Assembly (NCBI RefSeq): GCF_036588685.1
Contig: NC_086379.1
Span: 31,310,001-31,374,000 of the forward strand
Reading direction: 5' to 3'
DNA from: Mytilus trossulus
Lineage: Eukaryota
Length of the DNA stretch: 64,000 nucleotides
Under the pieces are notes generated by a model, which was given only the letters and a program-made list of their open reading frames with translations, was not told the DNA's origin and made no database searches. Shown here in pieces: positions 1 through 14,700 of the stretch. The stretch's first letter is position 1. Every line of letters starts with the position of its first letter. The position numbers and the translations under genes were made by a program.

Positions 1-1539
1 TGTAAGATAAGTCCTAGTGACTTCAGGGAAAAAGTCATATTCAAGAATGTGAACTTGTCATGTCAGTATTCTGACTGTTTAATCAGTGCTACATTATTGG
101 ACAGTTAATAAAAATATAAATGTTTAATGGCTATTTTCTTTTTATACCTCCTTCTCAGAGATTGGTGGTTGTATTGCAATCACTTAGTCCTTCAGTTTGT
201 CAAACAAATACTTTCATCATACTGTTCTCATGTACTACTTGACAGAATGAAGCTTAACAGTGATGAATTGTAATATGTGAGCACTTTTAGCATCTGTCCT
301 ACACCTACTTCTCGTTAGCTGATGCTTGGAACTTTGAATATGTGTAATGAACTTAATATTTTTTCACAAGTTTCTACATATGAAGTGAACAGAATGACAT
401 CATATCTGGTTTACAAATTGGCAGTGAAGACTTTTAATTCATAAGTGCTTTTTACATCTGTCAGATGTTTAGGTCCTATATTCTGATACCAGTGGAGTAT
501 GCTTAGTACAACAAAGCTTGAAACTTAAATGTTGTCCTTCTTGAAAAAAGATGTGTTTGGTATACAAATAAGGATATGCAGTATGGTTGACAATGAGATA
601 ATTATCCATCAGAGATCAAATGACTTGGATGAAAACAATTATATAGGTCATATAACAGCCTTTATCAAAACCCATACCCTATTGGTTATTATAAAAAGAA
701 CAACATGACAAAATGTGAATGATTGCAAGGTGTACATGTCCATCTAGCAGGTATTTGACTATATTCGGTGCCAAGAATGATTGTAAGGTATTCATGTCAA
801 TATGACACTGTTTTTATATTGAGTGAACTATTTGTATGAAGCTTTATATTTCAACAGTCAGGGGCATTACTTAAACAAGTAACAATTAAAATTACCTATA
901 CAAGTTATGTTGAAAACGAGGCTAATTTAAATATAACTTATATAAGTTATTTTCCTGAATATTATTTATATAGGTGTCCAAGAATACAGATTTTACTAGC
1001 TTTAAATAATTTTCACAGTTATCTGGTTATTTTCCCCTTGATATATAAAAACTTATTTTCTGAAACACTAATTAACTTTCCGACGAACTTATCTTTCATA
1101 CCAACGCTTCTGGGTCAAAGATTGGTCTCTTGGGACTATTAAATTATCATTTTCCTCTAAAATCTTGAAGGTAGACTGATATAAATAGATAGATACTTGT
1201 GAATTAATTATTATTAAGACCTGGAGTTATTTATAATTTGTAACCTAAATCAATTACATATGTGCCTTAGATAAGTGTTATTGCTATTTTTTCAAAAATG
1301 TTTAAAATAACTTATTCAAGTAATATTTTTGTCATTATTTTCAAAGTAACCCTTTATCTCTATACTCCTCTCAAATCTGATAAATTCTTTATTTTATGAT
1401 ATAAAATGTTGTTTAAAATCATGAAAACTACATGTGGTCTATGTTTCTATTGAAAATTAAAATAACTCTATTAAGTAATTTTATTATTTCTAAAATAAAA
1501 AAATATTTATATAAGTAATTTAAAAAAATAACTTGTTTA

Positions 1540-2150
1540 AGAAACGCCCCTGACTGTTCAAAAGGTTTAAACCAGATGTTGCTATGCCCTACACTGCAAG
1601 CGAATTCACTAGGTATTTGTGACAAGCTTGACTATTTCTTTTGGAATCCAATATGCTCATAGTATATCTCTAAGAGCTCTTTCTGTTGATGGTGTCAAAC
1701 TTTTTATAGAAATCCACAAAGTTGGTGTAAAGGTGCCTTTGCATTCTGTATATGTTCAATGATGTTTTGTAAAGCAAATATTCCATCAGTGCATCCTTTA
1801 ACTTAATGAAATCCTGCTTTCGTCTTACTTAGCTGTTGATCAATTACATACATATATATTTTGGATAATAAAGTTTACCATAATTTTACTTGCAATTTAC
1901 AAAACTGTATTACCTCAACAGTTTTTTTTAACTTTACTGGTTGAAGAATTTAAGCTGCAAGTTCTGGGTGAGCTTTGAAAAGTTTAACTTTTTTCTTGTT
2001 ATCATTTCCTGTGTGTCTGGTAAGTATATATTTATTTCTACATCTTGAACTGCTTCAATTATTATTGCTTCATTAGTATGTGGTCTGTAAATTATGTCTT
2101 TGAAGTGTTATGCCTATCTTGCCTTTTGCTATTCTTGGTGTCAATAGCCT
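1540..2150 (-). pseudogene. Degenerate non-LTR retrotransposon (RTE-like) reverse transcriptase fragment
   Basis: Minus-strand translation with stops and frameshifts gives AGF..GCTDGIFALQNIIE...YTNFVDFYKKFDTINR and FACSVGHSNIWF, matching the non-LTR RT pattern QAGFR..SCTDQIF.LR.IIE...FVDFEKAFD. Boundaries approximate. Confidence 0.75.
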
Positions 2151-2455
2151 TACTATATTTGGTGTATGGAATGATTGTAAGGTGAAAATGTCTGGCTGGC
2201 AGGTTTCATCTGACCTTGACCTGATTTGAATTATTCGGTGATCAATGTTATGTTTTTGTGGTTTGCTCTATATTTTAAAGATATATTCCAAGAATAATAT
2301 TTTGAGACCACACAAAAATTCCAAGTTTGAATATTGAACTTTCTATTGAAAACAAACCCAATGGTTATAATTCTTTTGAAGTTATCTCTTATCCTGATAT
2401 GCATTGAATAATTACCATTAGACGTTATGCAAGTACCAGGTAACAATTATCAGTC

Positions 2456-2461
2456 TTTATT
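2456..2461 (-). promoter_or_regulatory. Candidate AATAAA poly(A) signal for FRAS1
   Basis: tttatt on + strand, about 2.7 kb downstream of the stop codon; weak in AT-rich DNA. Confidence 0.2.
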
Positions 2462-3558
2462 CATATAGGCTAATCATTTGACAGCTTTTAACATGTAGTG
2501 TCAAACAATGCACAAAGATCGAGTATTGAAAGCAGGCTAATATATTTGTATAATAGTTCAGGTTTCTTAGGTATTACAGGTACATATATATAACATTCCA
2601 TTAGAAAACATGTACCACTAGTGTAATGAACATTCAAAAATAAGTGCAGTAAAGTTGAGTGAGTGAACATCAAAAGCAACAAATGGGAGCATTGACAAGT
2701 TAAAATGATTTATAACTTTTTTATTTTGTAAAATGAGTGTTTGTAAATGAGTAAATGCACAATTAATACAATTTGACACGGATGGATCTAAACCTGTTAG
2801 AATGTATAAAGTATTTGACCATAATTTATAACAGAAAGGAGCCGACCGTGCAAAGGCTGTATAGCCAGTCAAGGTAATTAAAAACTTCAATTTGTTGTAA
2901 CAGAAAGGAGTGTAACTTAACGACCTAGTTTTTTTGTTTCACAAAATTGGTAAACATCACGAAAAGAAGACCTCATAAAAATGTCCTATTTTAGAATCAT
3001 GCAATCTCAAATATAGTGCAACTCTGCAAAGGAGAACTACATAGATATAATGTTTATGCTTTAAATTCCCCTCTACAAAAAAAATCGTTTGGGGTGAAGT
3101 CAGAAATATTATGCATGGACAAACATAGGACACTCCTATCTGTAACAATTATGGTCCAATATAATTACTAGATGAGGTAGTTAAACAAAGATTAAGCCAA
3201 CACCACTTCATCAGTAATGTTAATACTATAATAATATCTTTATAACAACCAACATAATATGTATATGTAAAAAAGTAAGAAATATGAAAAAATTCACCAT
3301 TATTTGTTTACATACAACGCCTTAAAATATTCCCAGTGCTAATGTTTGTACATCTCAACTTATTCAATGCATGCATCACATATCCATTGATACTGCTTAA
3401 ATTACACACCTCCAAAAATATTCATGCTAACAGTATGTTCATTGATTGACTTTTATGGATTATTTATGATTGATGGTGAAGTGAGAACAGAGATGAGGAT
3501 TGTATGGAAAAATTAAAGCGAATCTGAATGGAAATTTAACATATAATATCCTTTGGTT

Positions 3559-3734
3559 AGGGGAAATTAACAATATAAATAGAAGACATCTTATGAAATA
3601 AAGGGGATATATAAATAAAAATACACTTAAAATCGTTACCAGAAAGAGTCAGGGGAAATTAACTATATAAATAGAAGACATGTTATGAGATAAAGGGGGC
3701 TATACAAGTAGAAATACATTTAACATCGTTACCA
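3559..3734. repeat. Diverged tandem duplication, ~91-bp unit x2
   Basis: aggggaaattaac...aaatagaagacat...atcgttacca occurs twice. Confidence 0.75.
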
Positions 3735-4869
3735 AGAGTATCATAACAGGATTTCTCATAACAAGGAATTAATAAAAACTGGAAAGATTTAGAAAAATAA
3801 AAATACAGTTTTGTTTCTAGCATGGCTAAGGGGATCTGATTGGTTAATATAAAAGAAATGTAAATTCAACTAACCCTTTAGCCGTAGCTTATTTCAGATT
3901 TAAAAAAAAAATCTAGTTTCAAATAATTCCTTGTTTAATACAAAACAACTATAAACTACTAATATAACTACATGATAAAAACACATATATTGCACTAACC
4001 AATGTGTGAAAACTTGGCATCATATATAACTGGTACTTAATTACAATCAAATCGTTCACTTCAAAAACAACATAATGGCACCATAATTGACCTCAATATT
4101 CAACACTTCTTATTTCTATCTCTATTAGATGAATAACTTGTCCTCCATTTGTAATATCTTTATATAATTCCAAAAACTTTCTATGAAGTTCAACTTCAAG
4201 GCTTTCAAAAATTTACTTTAAGTATATCACAAGTGCTCTAAATGATTACAACAGTATCAAGCAACCATTTTAAATCCAAATCATCTTTGGTCAATAGCAT
4301 ATTTTTTCTTAAATGACTTAAATTAACTGTCTTTATATGAGAATCTATTTAAAAAAAACTGACATCAAAATATTAGAAGTCATATATTTCAATGACCTAC
4401 CGATCATGATTTACTTTAGTGACTGAAATAAATCTTTTGTGAAAATTCATTATTTTCAAAAATGACAACTAAATGGGAAAATTGCGCCAACATTTCTCAC
4501 GAGTAAAAAAATATATGCATGTTAATGAGAGTTATGAAAGTCAATTTAATGAGTAGGATTGGAGTCCTGAGCTGTTCCACTGAGTATATTCAGTTATTTT
4601 ATATCATATTACATAAGTTACTAAACTTCTATTGCACTGTCTTTTTCTGAGACATACTTAAATGGCAAAATAAATATCTTCAGAATATTTTCATAGTACA
4701 GTGTACAGTGTAACAGGAGGTTTAATATAAATATTAAAACTGATTACAAAAATCAGTGTAACAAATTAACAAGAACCCAATCAACCATAACATGTTTTGG
4801 TATTAAAGTAATAAAAATAGAAATGTTCAATAAATATGAGTATTTGATCTTTTAAGAGCTGAAATAATC

Positions 4870-5028
4870 CTGTAAATTCAGAAGTTATTGCAATGTTTTT
4901 ATCATTGCAAATTAATGCAAAATAATATGAACTCTTATTCCGAAATCTAACACATACATTTGAATACAGATTTTCCTGTAATCGAAAGAAATCACAGTAA
5001 ATGCAAGCAATAATTTCTGAATTTACTG
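4870..5028. mobile_element. MITE (TIR ctgtaaattcagaa.ttattgc) in the FRAS1 3' UTR region
   Basis: ~22-bp imperfect TIRs; related copies near 22937-23056, 45652-45844 and 57313-57507. Confidence 0.7.
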
Positions 5029-5158
5029 TAATCACTGTAAGTGGAGAGTTTAAAAATCAATTACAGAATATATAAAACAAATAAACAGATCATAATGTAA
5101 TCTTTCACAGTATATTGAGTTTAAATCATATTCAGATATAAAAAAAAACATACAAATA

Positions 5159-5734
5159 TCATACTTCAGTTCCTTGTACTTTTCCCTGAGATTTAATATT
5201 AGTATTTTTGACCTTGACACTAGGTCTCCTATCTTTCTCACTAGAGGTCACAAAACTGTCCTTGACCTCTGTCACATTTACATTGACCCTTGATCCTGAG
5301 AGTCTTAAACTAAGTCTGTTTTGATTTAGTAGAGGTAAAGAGTTTTCTTTGGCAAATTCTAAATTATTCTTCTTCATTTCTATAACTTCTTTCTTTTTTC
5401 GTCTTCTTCGTTTGAATATTATAAAAATTATTATGACTAAAATTATGAGTATTATGAATACTGATATTATTGGAATAACATAAGTCAGAGTACTAATTGT
5501 GGACTGTTTTAAAGTCATGTCTTCTTGTAATATAGCACTATTAATTGGAATGTGATGTATATCAGTTCCATTCTGATTGGAATTAGTCTCTTTGATATTA
5601 TTTGGAAGCTGCGATTCACGTTTTTTGGGTTGAGAAAACATGGCTGATCTCTTTCTAATGAATCGATGAGGAGACGCTCCTGCCTCTGTGATTACATATA
5701 AAACTTGTAAATACCACTGATGTCCTGACATAAC
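5159..5734 (-). CDS. FRAS1: FRAS1 last exon: RIRKR-type furin-like site, TM helix, cytoplasmic tail ending GTEV
   Basis: ttccag|GTT acceptor; VMSGHQWYLQV...RFIRKRS...YVIPIISVFIILIILVIIIFIIF KRRRRKK...GTEV TGA. Confidence 0.93.
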   Translation of the reverse strand, partial: VMSGHQWYLQVLYVITEAGASPHRFIRKRSAMFSQPKKRESQLPNNIKETNSNQNGTDIHHIPINSAILQEDMTLKQSTISTLTYVIPIISVFIILIILVIIIFIIFKRRRRKKKEVIEMKKNNLEFAKENSLPLLNQNRLSLRLSGSRVNVNVTEVKDSFVTSSEKDRRPSVKVKNTNIKSQGKVQGTEV

Positions 5735-8700
5735 CTGGAAAGATATAAAACATGAATTGTACCAAACAATGAAAGACATTTAAACCTTTTTATTAAGGAT
5801 AAATCTATATTGATTTTCTTTTTTATAACTATACTTGAAAGTGATCAAAAGGGTATTTGTTATGTACAGATTTTAGCATAAACTGGTACTTTTTTTTATT
5901 TCTATGCATGCATTTTCTAAAACTCATAACTGTTAGTAAGATCTGAAATTTGAAGTAATAATTGACCACTTTCGAGTTATGTTGTTCACTTGAAAAATGT
6001 TCAATATGTGCGCCTTAGTGACATCATTTACCAGATAAAGGGGATCCCCCTGTATCCCTGCACTATCCTGTGTGACATCATTTACAAGAGAGAGGGGATC
6101 CCCTGTATCCCTGCACTATCCTTTGTGACATCATTTACAAGAGAGAGGGGATCCCCTGTATCCCTGCACTATCATATTTCATCAAGCATCTCAGTCATTG
6201 TCATTGTGCACGATAAATAGGTACTTAATTGATTTCCCTTTTGTAGCATTTTAACAATTTTAAGAATTTAATTTCTCTGAATAATTCATGCTATATAGCA
6301 TCAAAATCAATCTCTCAACATGGGAACAGAAGTGACTATGCCCTTGAACACATGATGTTCACTAAAAACAAACTTTTGGACGGAAATGCATCAAACTGGA
6401 AAGTTGTCTATTGCAGCAATATTCGAAGTCACTTGGGTGATCACAATTATATCTTTTGTATGAAATCTGCCATGCAATATTTTTATTGCATTTAAAAAAA
6501 AATTTTAAAATATATTTAAGGCAGCAATGTTTGTTTATCATTTCTCATCATAATAGTAGACACATCTTTTTAAAATGAAGATGATTTAGGCAAGTTTTAC
6601 TAAATATGAACCAATGATTTTCAAAGTTCATTTTCTAAAAAAATGTATTGTATTTTTATCCATCTGATGAGTTAAGCCTTTTTCAATTGATAGTTCTTTC
6701 TTATGTTGTACTGTTACACCACTGTCCCAAGTTATGAAGTTATGGGAGGGTTAGGATCCCACTAACATGTTTAACCCTGCCACATTCTGTATGCATGTGC
6801 CTGTCCCAAGTCAGGAGCCTGTTATTCAGTGGTTGTTGTTGGTTTATATGTTACATACTTGTTTTTCGGTCATTTTTTTTTACATAAATTAGGCCGTTAG
6901 TTTTCTTGTTAGAATTGTTTTACATTGCCATTTCAGGGCCTTTTATAGCTGACTATGCAGTATGGATTTTGGTAATTGTTGAAGGCCGTATGGTGACCTA
7001 TAGTTGTTTATTTCGGTGTCATTTTGGTCTCTTGTGGAGGTTTGTCTCATTGGCAATCATACCACATATTCTTTTTTTTTTATAGACAATAGAAATTTGT
7101 CTATATGATTGCAGTAACTGAGTACTGTAACCTTAAATGAGCTTTCCAGCAATGCATATATAAAAGACCATTTGTTATATATGTACATTTATTATTTATC
7201 AAATATAGTTTTGCATAAAACTACAAATACAGATAAATATATCAAACCTTGTATAGAGGATCAACGCTGAGATAAAATCCATCTACTCCTGGAATATTGT
7301 TCAAATCTGTGGGAAATTTGGCATTAAAAGGGACACTATGAAAATGTCTCACTTCTACATCCCGATTTCCTTTGTCCTAGTAAAACAACAAGAATATTAT
7401 TTCATATGAGCATGGACCAGGCAGTATAATATCATCTCTTTTTTTAAATAAAAAAATCAATAAGTATAATAGATCAATGAAATAAAATTCCTCAAATTGT
7501 TAATAAGACATATGTTTGTCAGATATCAGTATTTGAATTGTTTCTTCCACTTTTGGTAAAGGCCTTCCAACTCCATGTTTAAGCAAAAATGCCAAAATAC
7601 TTTAAAAGTATAATTTCCAGACCTTGTTCTTGATATTTAAATATAACCCTAAATAATATTTCGCAACAAGATGTCTTATATGCAGTTGGTAATGATGGTA
7701 AAATATCTTTTTTGGGAATGTTATTGTTGATATCAATTTTGTCAGCAACATGTATCAAATAGCTATTTTATGTCAAATGCAAGATGTTGATTTAAAACTG
7801 TTTATAACATCCCATTGACATCACAGCTTCCATTTCCAATTCAAGTCTTAAAACAATTTTGATGGATTTAATTGTTAAGCAAAATACAATTTGGACAATA
7901 ACTTATTCAACTTTTAATCTAGAAATATGTAAAAACACAGTATCACAATATTTGATTTAATACGATGGATCGGGACAATTCAACTGCGCATAATTTCGTG
8001 AATGAATTACAATGCACACGAAAAGTATGTCGTAAATTCGATATTTTTTTTTTAATATTTTGATTGATTAGAAATGTTAAATCATTGTAGTTATGTCACT
8101 TTAACCCTTTCACCGATTGCTGCCCAGACAGAAGCTACTCTGAAACGATGGCTTCCCTGGTTACTATTACTCAAGTGGGAGATCTTCATAGTAAATGTCA
8201 ATAAAAACTTGTTTGTACTTATTTGTGTATTTATTTCATTCACTAACACCATGTACACAGTTTTGTTCATGTTTTGATAATTTTTTCTTCATAAAATATT
8301 CAAATTTTCCAATTTTAGGCATATTTGAGGTGAAATTCTCAAAATTCTGCTTTTTAACCCCATATCGTAATTTTTTAACCCAAAACGGCAAAATATTGAA
8401 AAATTTTATGAGGCTGTACAAATTCCTCACATTGAACGATGTCCATTCCAAGTGTTTTGTACATAAAACGACGTTTTATGTCAAAAAAGTATACTAGTTT
8501 GGCTTCAATTCTTCCATATTCTTTCAAAAAAATTGTTCCCTCATTTCAAATTCTTGTAAAGTCTGTAAATTTCCTCTGATTTTGACACGGTTTTCAACAA
8601 ACGGAACCGCCATGTTTACACTTTCATCCGGGGATTCATCAAAGAAAGATAACTCATGTTTGCACTGTTTTGAGCGGGAACATAAAAGAGGTATTCCAAT

Positions 8701-11700
8701 CCCAGTAAAACGGGACTCATCTTCAGCTGTCTGAAGCGTGAATTTAAAGGCTCAAAACGACATTTCACGCATTTTCCCCATTTTCCAGCCAAAATTTGGG
8801 TTTTAATGCAAAATAATTTTTCTTCCTTATTGGTGACCTATGTTTTTTATTTGCTAATTCTTTGAAGCTATATTTCAGCTTTGTGTCAGTTTTGGACCAA
8901 GTGTCATAGAACGTTTTTTTGATATTCCGATAAAAATATGTCAAACCTCTATTTTCCCTATCATTTCATTGAAAAATAGTCCCTCTTACAAACCCATTTA
9001 AAAGTAAAATTTTGAGCTTAAATGGTCTGTGACCCCCAATTTTTTTCAACCAATTTGATTCACTTCCTATAAAGAATAAAATAACATTAAAAACGGCACT
9101 TCTGATAGAAAATTGGAATAGGCCCGGGCCACCTTAAGATGACAAATTTAATTCATAAGAAGTAAGTTATAATCAGTTGAGTTTGGAAAAAAGGCTCACA
9201 TACTGCTTGAAGCTGAGCATAGGGGATTTTTATTTGACCCCCAAAACTTGCAATCTGTTTATATTTATGAGATGTCAGGATACCATTGTGTTATCTAAAC
9301 TTTTTCAAATATAATCATACCAGTATAAGGAACCTATACTGTAGTTTAGGACTTGGCTGTAAACATCCAAACTGTGGCCCATCACCATACACATCACCTT
9401 GTGGGTCAAAGGTTGGAACATATCCATCACTTCCTGTAACAAACATCAATAATTTTTGAATTTGCTAAATAGGCAAATGATAAATAAATAAAACATTTTT
9501 AATCATAATTCAGTAATTCTGATATAAATGATTTTTGAAATATGCCTAAAAGTTTGAGCATGATCTGTTAGCACACAGAGTGTAGTTCATTCCATTGATT
9601 CATATTTTACATGCACATACAGACTAGAATCTACAAATATTAAATGTATTTCAGTCACCAGAAATACATTTAGGAGGAAGGGGGACCCCTCTTTGCATCT
9701 CCAATTCCTAATGCTGCCTAATTCAATTGGCTTATTTGCAGCTATGATAAGACATCTGTCCATTGACACTTAACTGTATATTTACCTTTAGATGCCTTAT
9801 GTTTTTTTTGTATTGATTGGTTGCTGTCTCATTAATGTATACCCATCTATTTTATTTCATTTGTGTAATTTAATAAAACTATTGCAGCCCAAATAACAAT
9901 ACTTATGTGATGTGTTTTAAATATAAAATTTCACCTGTACAAAGATAAACTTTCTCAATAGACAAACTGTAAGCTTCTCTGAGATCTTGTGCAGGATTCC
10001 ATAAAACTCTGCCATACAGAACCTCACCTAAAGAAAATTAGATGTTTCAAAAACATTTCGAAAATTTCAACATCTATCTTATAGTATTTCTAATGAATGA
10101 TTTTATCCTTAGATCAACTGGCACCAACAAATGAATCATTCAGGCTACAATTCATTTGTGCCAATGTTCCTGTTTTGTCAATTTCTTTTTAATTTATAAG
10201 CAGCAAAACAAAAGCATAGATATGACTGTTATTCTTAATGAAATGATTTTCCTCAGTAATATTTGCTTGGGTTCAGCAAAATAAAACACAAAAAAAAAAC
10301 CCAAAATCATCAGGTTTTGACACAATCTTATTTTAATAACACATGTCACTTAAATATCATAACTTTGAAAGGATAGAATCTTTTGCATTACCTTTGCATT
10401 TAAAGTGCCAAAATAAAAGCTTTAAAAAAAAAGCCACTTTGATTACGACCCTATTTTTTCTAATGCTTTTCATGCAAACAAAATTCTTTTTAATTTTTTA
10501 ATTTACATCTTTCATGGAAACAAACTTTTAGGGATTTAAAGGATCAGTGTTAACCCTGTTGTATTTACCTGGAGCAAATGATCTGTCATATTCAGGATCC
10601 AGGACTGAGGCACTGATGTATGGATTCTTTAGGAACACCTCTTTATTATTTGTTAATTCAAACCTTGTATCTAAAGAATACACCAACGGAACAGGTCTGT
10701 TTGACTGCTGGAATGCTATTGGTACTTCAAATCTAAATAATTACATTAGATGTATGTTTTATATTATAACACGTTATTCTGATTGGCTAACTGCACATCA
10801 CATGTTATTCCTTAAGCAATTGCATTGCACAATAAAATTTGTCATTCATGATGACACGAGGTCCCACAATAAAGTGCACAGGTGAATTAAATAAAACTTT
10901 ATAAAAATAGTGTTTTCATGATCCTAGCTAAAAAATGTAATTATAAGTATTGAATGCTTCTTTTTGTAACTTTTTAGGTTGTAAAAGCGTTGACCATGCA
11001 CACATTTTTAGAATACAAAATGTATTTCGGTCAACGCTTTCACACCCAAATTAATTTACAAAAAGAAGCATTCAATTCTTAAATGAAATAAAGTTTGCGT
11101 AATTTGTAAATGTAAGCAGTAAATAGCATGATCTGTAAATGTAAGCAGTAAATAGCATGATCTGTAAATGTAAGCAGTATATTGAATGATTTATTTTGGC
11201 AATGTTAGCTTCTGACCATTTTAACTAAGTATTGAAAAGTTAAGATTTATATCAATCAATCAATAAATATTTAAATAATATCTAACATAATGTATGACTG
11301 TTTGCCTTTCTCCATAAAACAATAAATAGTGAATCCCAGCCCTACACACTGAATCAAAGCATACTATTTGCAACAATAAGTACAGAAATAACTTTAATCA
11401 GAATGATATGATTTTGACCTCCTCTATCATTTAATATAAGTATTTTACATTTACCTCTGAGGTTGCTTAGCTGTGCAGGGTGTGTCTGCTGACATAAATA
11501 TCTGTGTGGACTTGACCAAACAAGGAATTAGTTCTACTGTATATCTTCCTGTATAATCCTACAAAAAGTGAGAATGCTACATCAATATCTATTATTTATA
11601 ATTTTAATTATCATCATTTAATATTATTTAATGATAAAATTTGTAGCTTGTTAGATAAAGCCAATCTTTTTCCTTGTGAAAATATCTTACAAAACTATAT

Positions 11701-14700
11701 ATCTAATTCATTTACGATATATTTACCAACCTTCAAATTATAATCACTTGTGGCCCTCCATAGTTGATGTGGACTGTCGAATGTCTGCTGAGACCAAACT
11801 AAAGTAAGGTCAAAGGTGACAGGCATGCCTACTGGAGGTATGACCTTACTTTGTATGCCTTGTAGTGTGTGGTGTTCTGGTACATACATTCCTAGCAAAT
11901 TAAAACATATATTCTATACCTTTCAAAAGTTTATTTCTGAACAATATGTTTAAGTAATGACACATCTAATGGACTATTTAGTAATATTTTAATTTCAAGG
12001 TTATACAATACAAATTAAATCTAACAGTAAAGAATATATGTGCTTGGTCAATTTTAATCACCATAATGTTGTCAATGTTGGACTAATAGATTTGTTTCAA
12101 TGAAAATGTGCTTCTTTAAAAAATGTTTTAAAGGTTAATTAACAATATATTTTCTATCTAAAACAGTTACTGTATTTTTTCAGAATAACTTATAATATAA
12201 TTAGAATCAAGGTTAAATATTTCAGTGTTTCAATTTTTTAAGGATTTGTTTCCAAATCTTTTTCGCTTTAATTTGTTTTATCAGGTTTCGATGATAGTAG
12301 ATAGCTCTTTACCTAAATATGAAATGTCATTTTCACAACTATCTTTAACAGACAATCAAGTCCACAAATGAATGAATGAAGATGAAATACAATAAAATCA
12401 AATGATAGCCTACCTCTAAATTTTGTTTGTGTTTTCAAATCTATAACAAGTCTGCCATCCCTGCCTACCAGTACTTTCAGTACTTGTAAATCTCCAGCTA
12501 TTTTGCCCTCAGTCTCCAGACCAGTTTGCCACAGTATGTTACTATAGTAGAAGGAGAATTCCATCTCTGTATGGTGCTGCAGTGAGCCCCACCCTACAGG
12601 AGCTGTGGTATATAGGTAGTATACATACAACGGAACTCTCACAGTCAAGTAAGTTTTTCCATTGTCTTTAACCTGCAGACAGAAAAAAACACCTTATAGG
12701 AACAAGAATACATATGTTGATGAGCCAGGCATATTCCCACTCCTAATTCAAAGTATCATAAAACAGGAATAATGTTTCTGATAGATATGAAAAGTGCCAA
12801 CGCATGACAACTTGAAGGAGTTGACTAAATTTGAATAACATTTCACTTGTTCCTTCTTCAATGTATGGAGTTCCACCAATACTGATACTTGAGTGATGTG
12901 AACTTTTGCTACCAGTTGAAGGACATTGTGATAAAAAATACTAATAAAAGCCATGTTTTGATTTCTTTTCTTTATATGTGTACTGATTTGATGTAACCAA
13001 TTAATATATTTCTTTTTACCATTGAATTTCAAGAACTCAATGTTTTAAACAGTAAATTGGTTATTAGATTTCTGTTTTATTTCAGTCTTAATTCTTAAGT
13101 CTTAAGTCATTCTTACCTGGAAATCGGAGACAACTTTTCCACCACAGAGATCTACCAGATTTGTCATGTGATACCAAGCCTCAAAGTTCCACATGCATGA
13201 CTTTAAGTCCAAATGTCGGTATAAATCAATTGTCTCATTCTGTCTCAGACTGGGATCAAACTGATAGGGGAAGTTATGTGAAGGAGGAAACATGTGATTA
13301 CTTTCTAGGAATCCACTCTCTATCACATTTTGTCTCTCTTTGTCTGTGATCAGATTTGAACAGACATGTTGTTGTCTGTAAACTGGGTCAGAAAGTACAA
13401 ATCGTAAGTTATGAAGTGGATGGGTTGATATAAGTGGAAGGTGACCATCTTGGTGAGGAATTCTGATGGAGATGCGGACTCTGTTTGGATGTTTCTCATC
13501 TTCTGGTCCAACGTAATCCAGTTTTGCCAAAAATGATTGTGCCCCATAAAAATTGTTTGTCCAACTGAAGACAGGAGACTTGCATATTCCATCTTCACTG
13601 CTGATTATAACTGGTTCACTCCTTGTTGGTATGCCAGGGTTGGTATTCCTATGTAAAGGCTGGGCAACACATCTTACATGAAAATTAGGTCTAAAGTAAA
13701 TGCTATCAAGAACTTTTGTCTCCACACTGGTGAACACTGTGTTATCTGTAACTGTAACAAAAGGTGACCTTGAGCTGTCGTCTGCTATTGGCATGGCAAC
13801 CTCCCAACTATACAACATGGAAGTCTGGTTGATTCCTGATTTTTGACACAGTGAATGAGTTACAGCATATGATGGGTAATGGACATCACATGGCTGAAAA
13901 AAGAAATTTATCAAATCTTTGTACTGTACAATCAACTTTTCTAAACCAACTTGACACAAAAATATTATTGTGTTCAGCTCACAATAATGTCAAAAATATA
14001 CACTTACGCTAGTTTTTAATGACTGAATAAGTAAATATGTGTAAGTTTCTGTAAATGATTGGGGAAAATAAGACAAATAAATGGATTTACAATGATTTTA
14101 CATATCATGTACCGGTTCACAATGCAAAACAATCTTTAGCACAAATATTTTGAAAAAGTTCTCTACAAAGCAAGCAGTGAAATATAACTTTACAGGCATT
14201 AATATATTCGGTAGGAATGTATATGATGAGGGAGGTCCTATGTGGTCCTCCAGGCCAAATTTGATAATTTGACAAGCACCAGTTTTTTGTGAAAATGATC
14301 ACAATGAAGCCACATGTTTCAGAACAGTGTAAATGTCCATCGGAAAATATTTCATGATTTTCAGTATATGGTTTATGGTTATTAGGTAGTTATAGATACA
14401 AGAATACCAATACAGCAAAACTATCCAATTACAATACTTCAATAAATCATGTACTAATACTTACTGTGACACAAACTAAAGGATAACCTAGACTTAGTTC
14501 ATATATATATACTTACTGTGACACAAACTAAAGGATAACCTAGACTTAGTTCATATATATATATACTTACTGTGACACAAACTAAAGGATAACCTAGACT
14601 TAGTTCATATATATATACTTACTGTGACACAAACTAAAGGATAACCTAGACTTAGTTCATATATATATACTTACTGTGACACAAACTAAAGGATAACCTG

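Noticed and set aside
6661-6700. CTGATGAG in repeat family A (also ~34030) as a hammerhead core
   Set aside because: No stem II closed by GAAA and no cleavage triplet with stem I pairing.
8101-8115. TTAACCCTTT piggyBac-like left end
   Set aside because: No matching right terminus found nearby.
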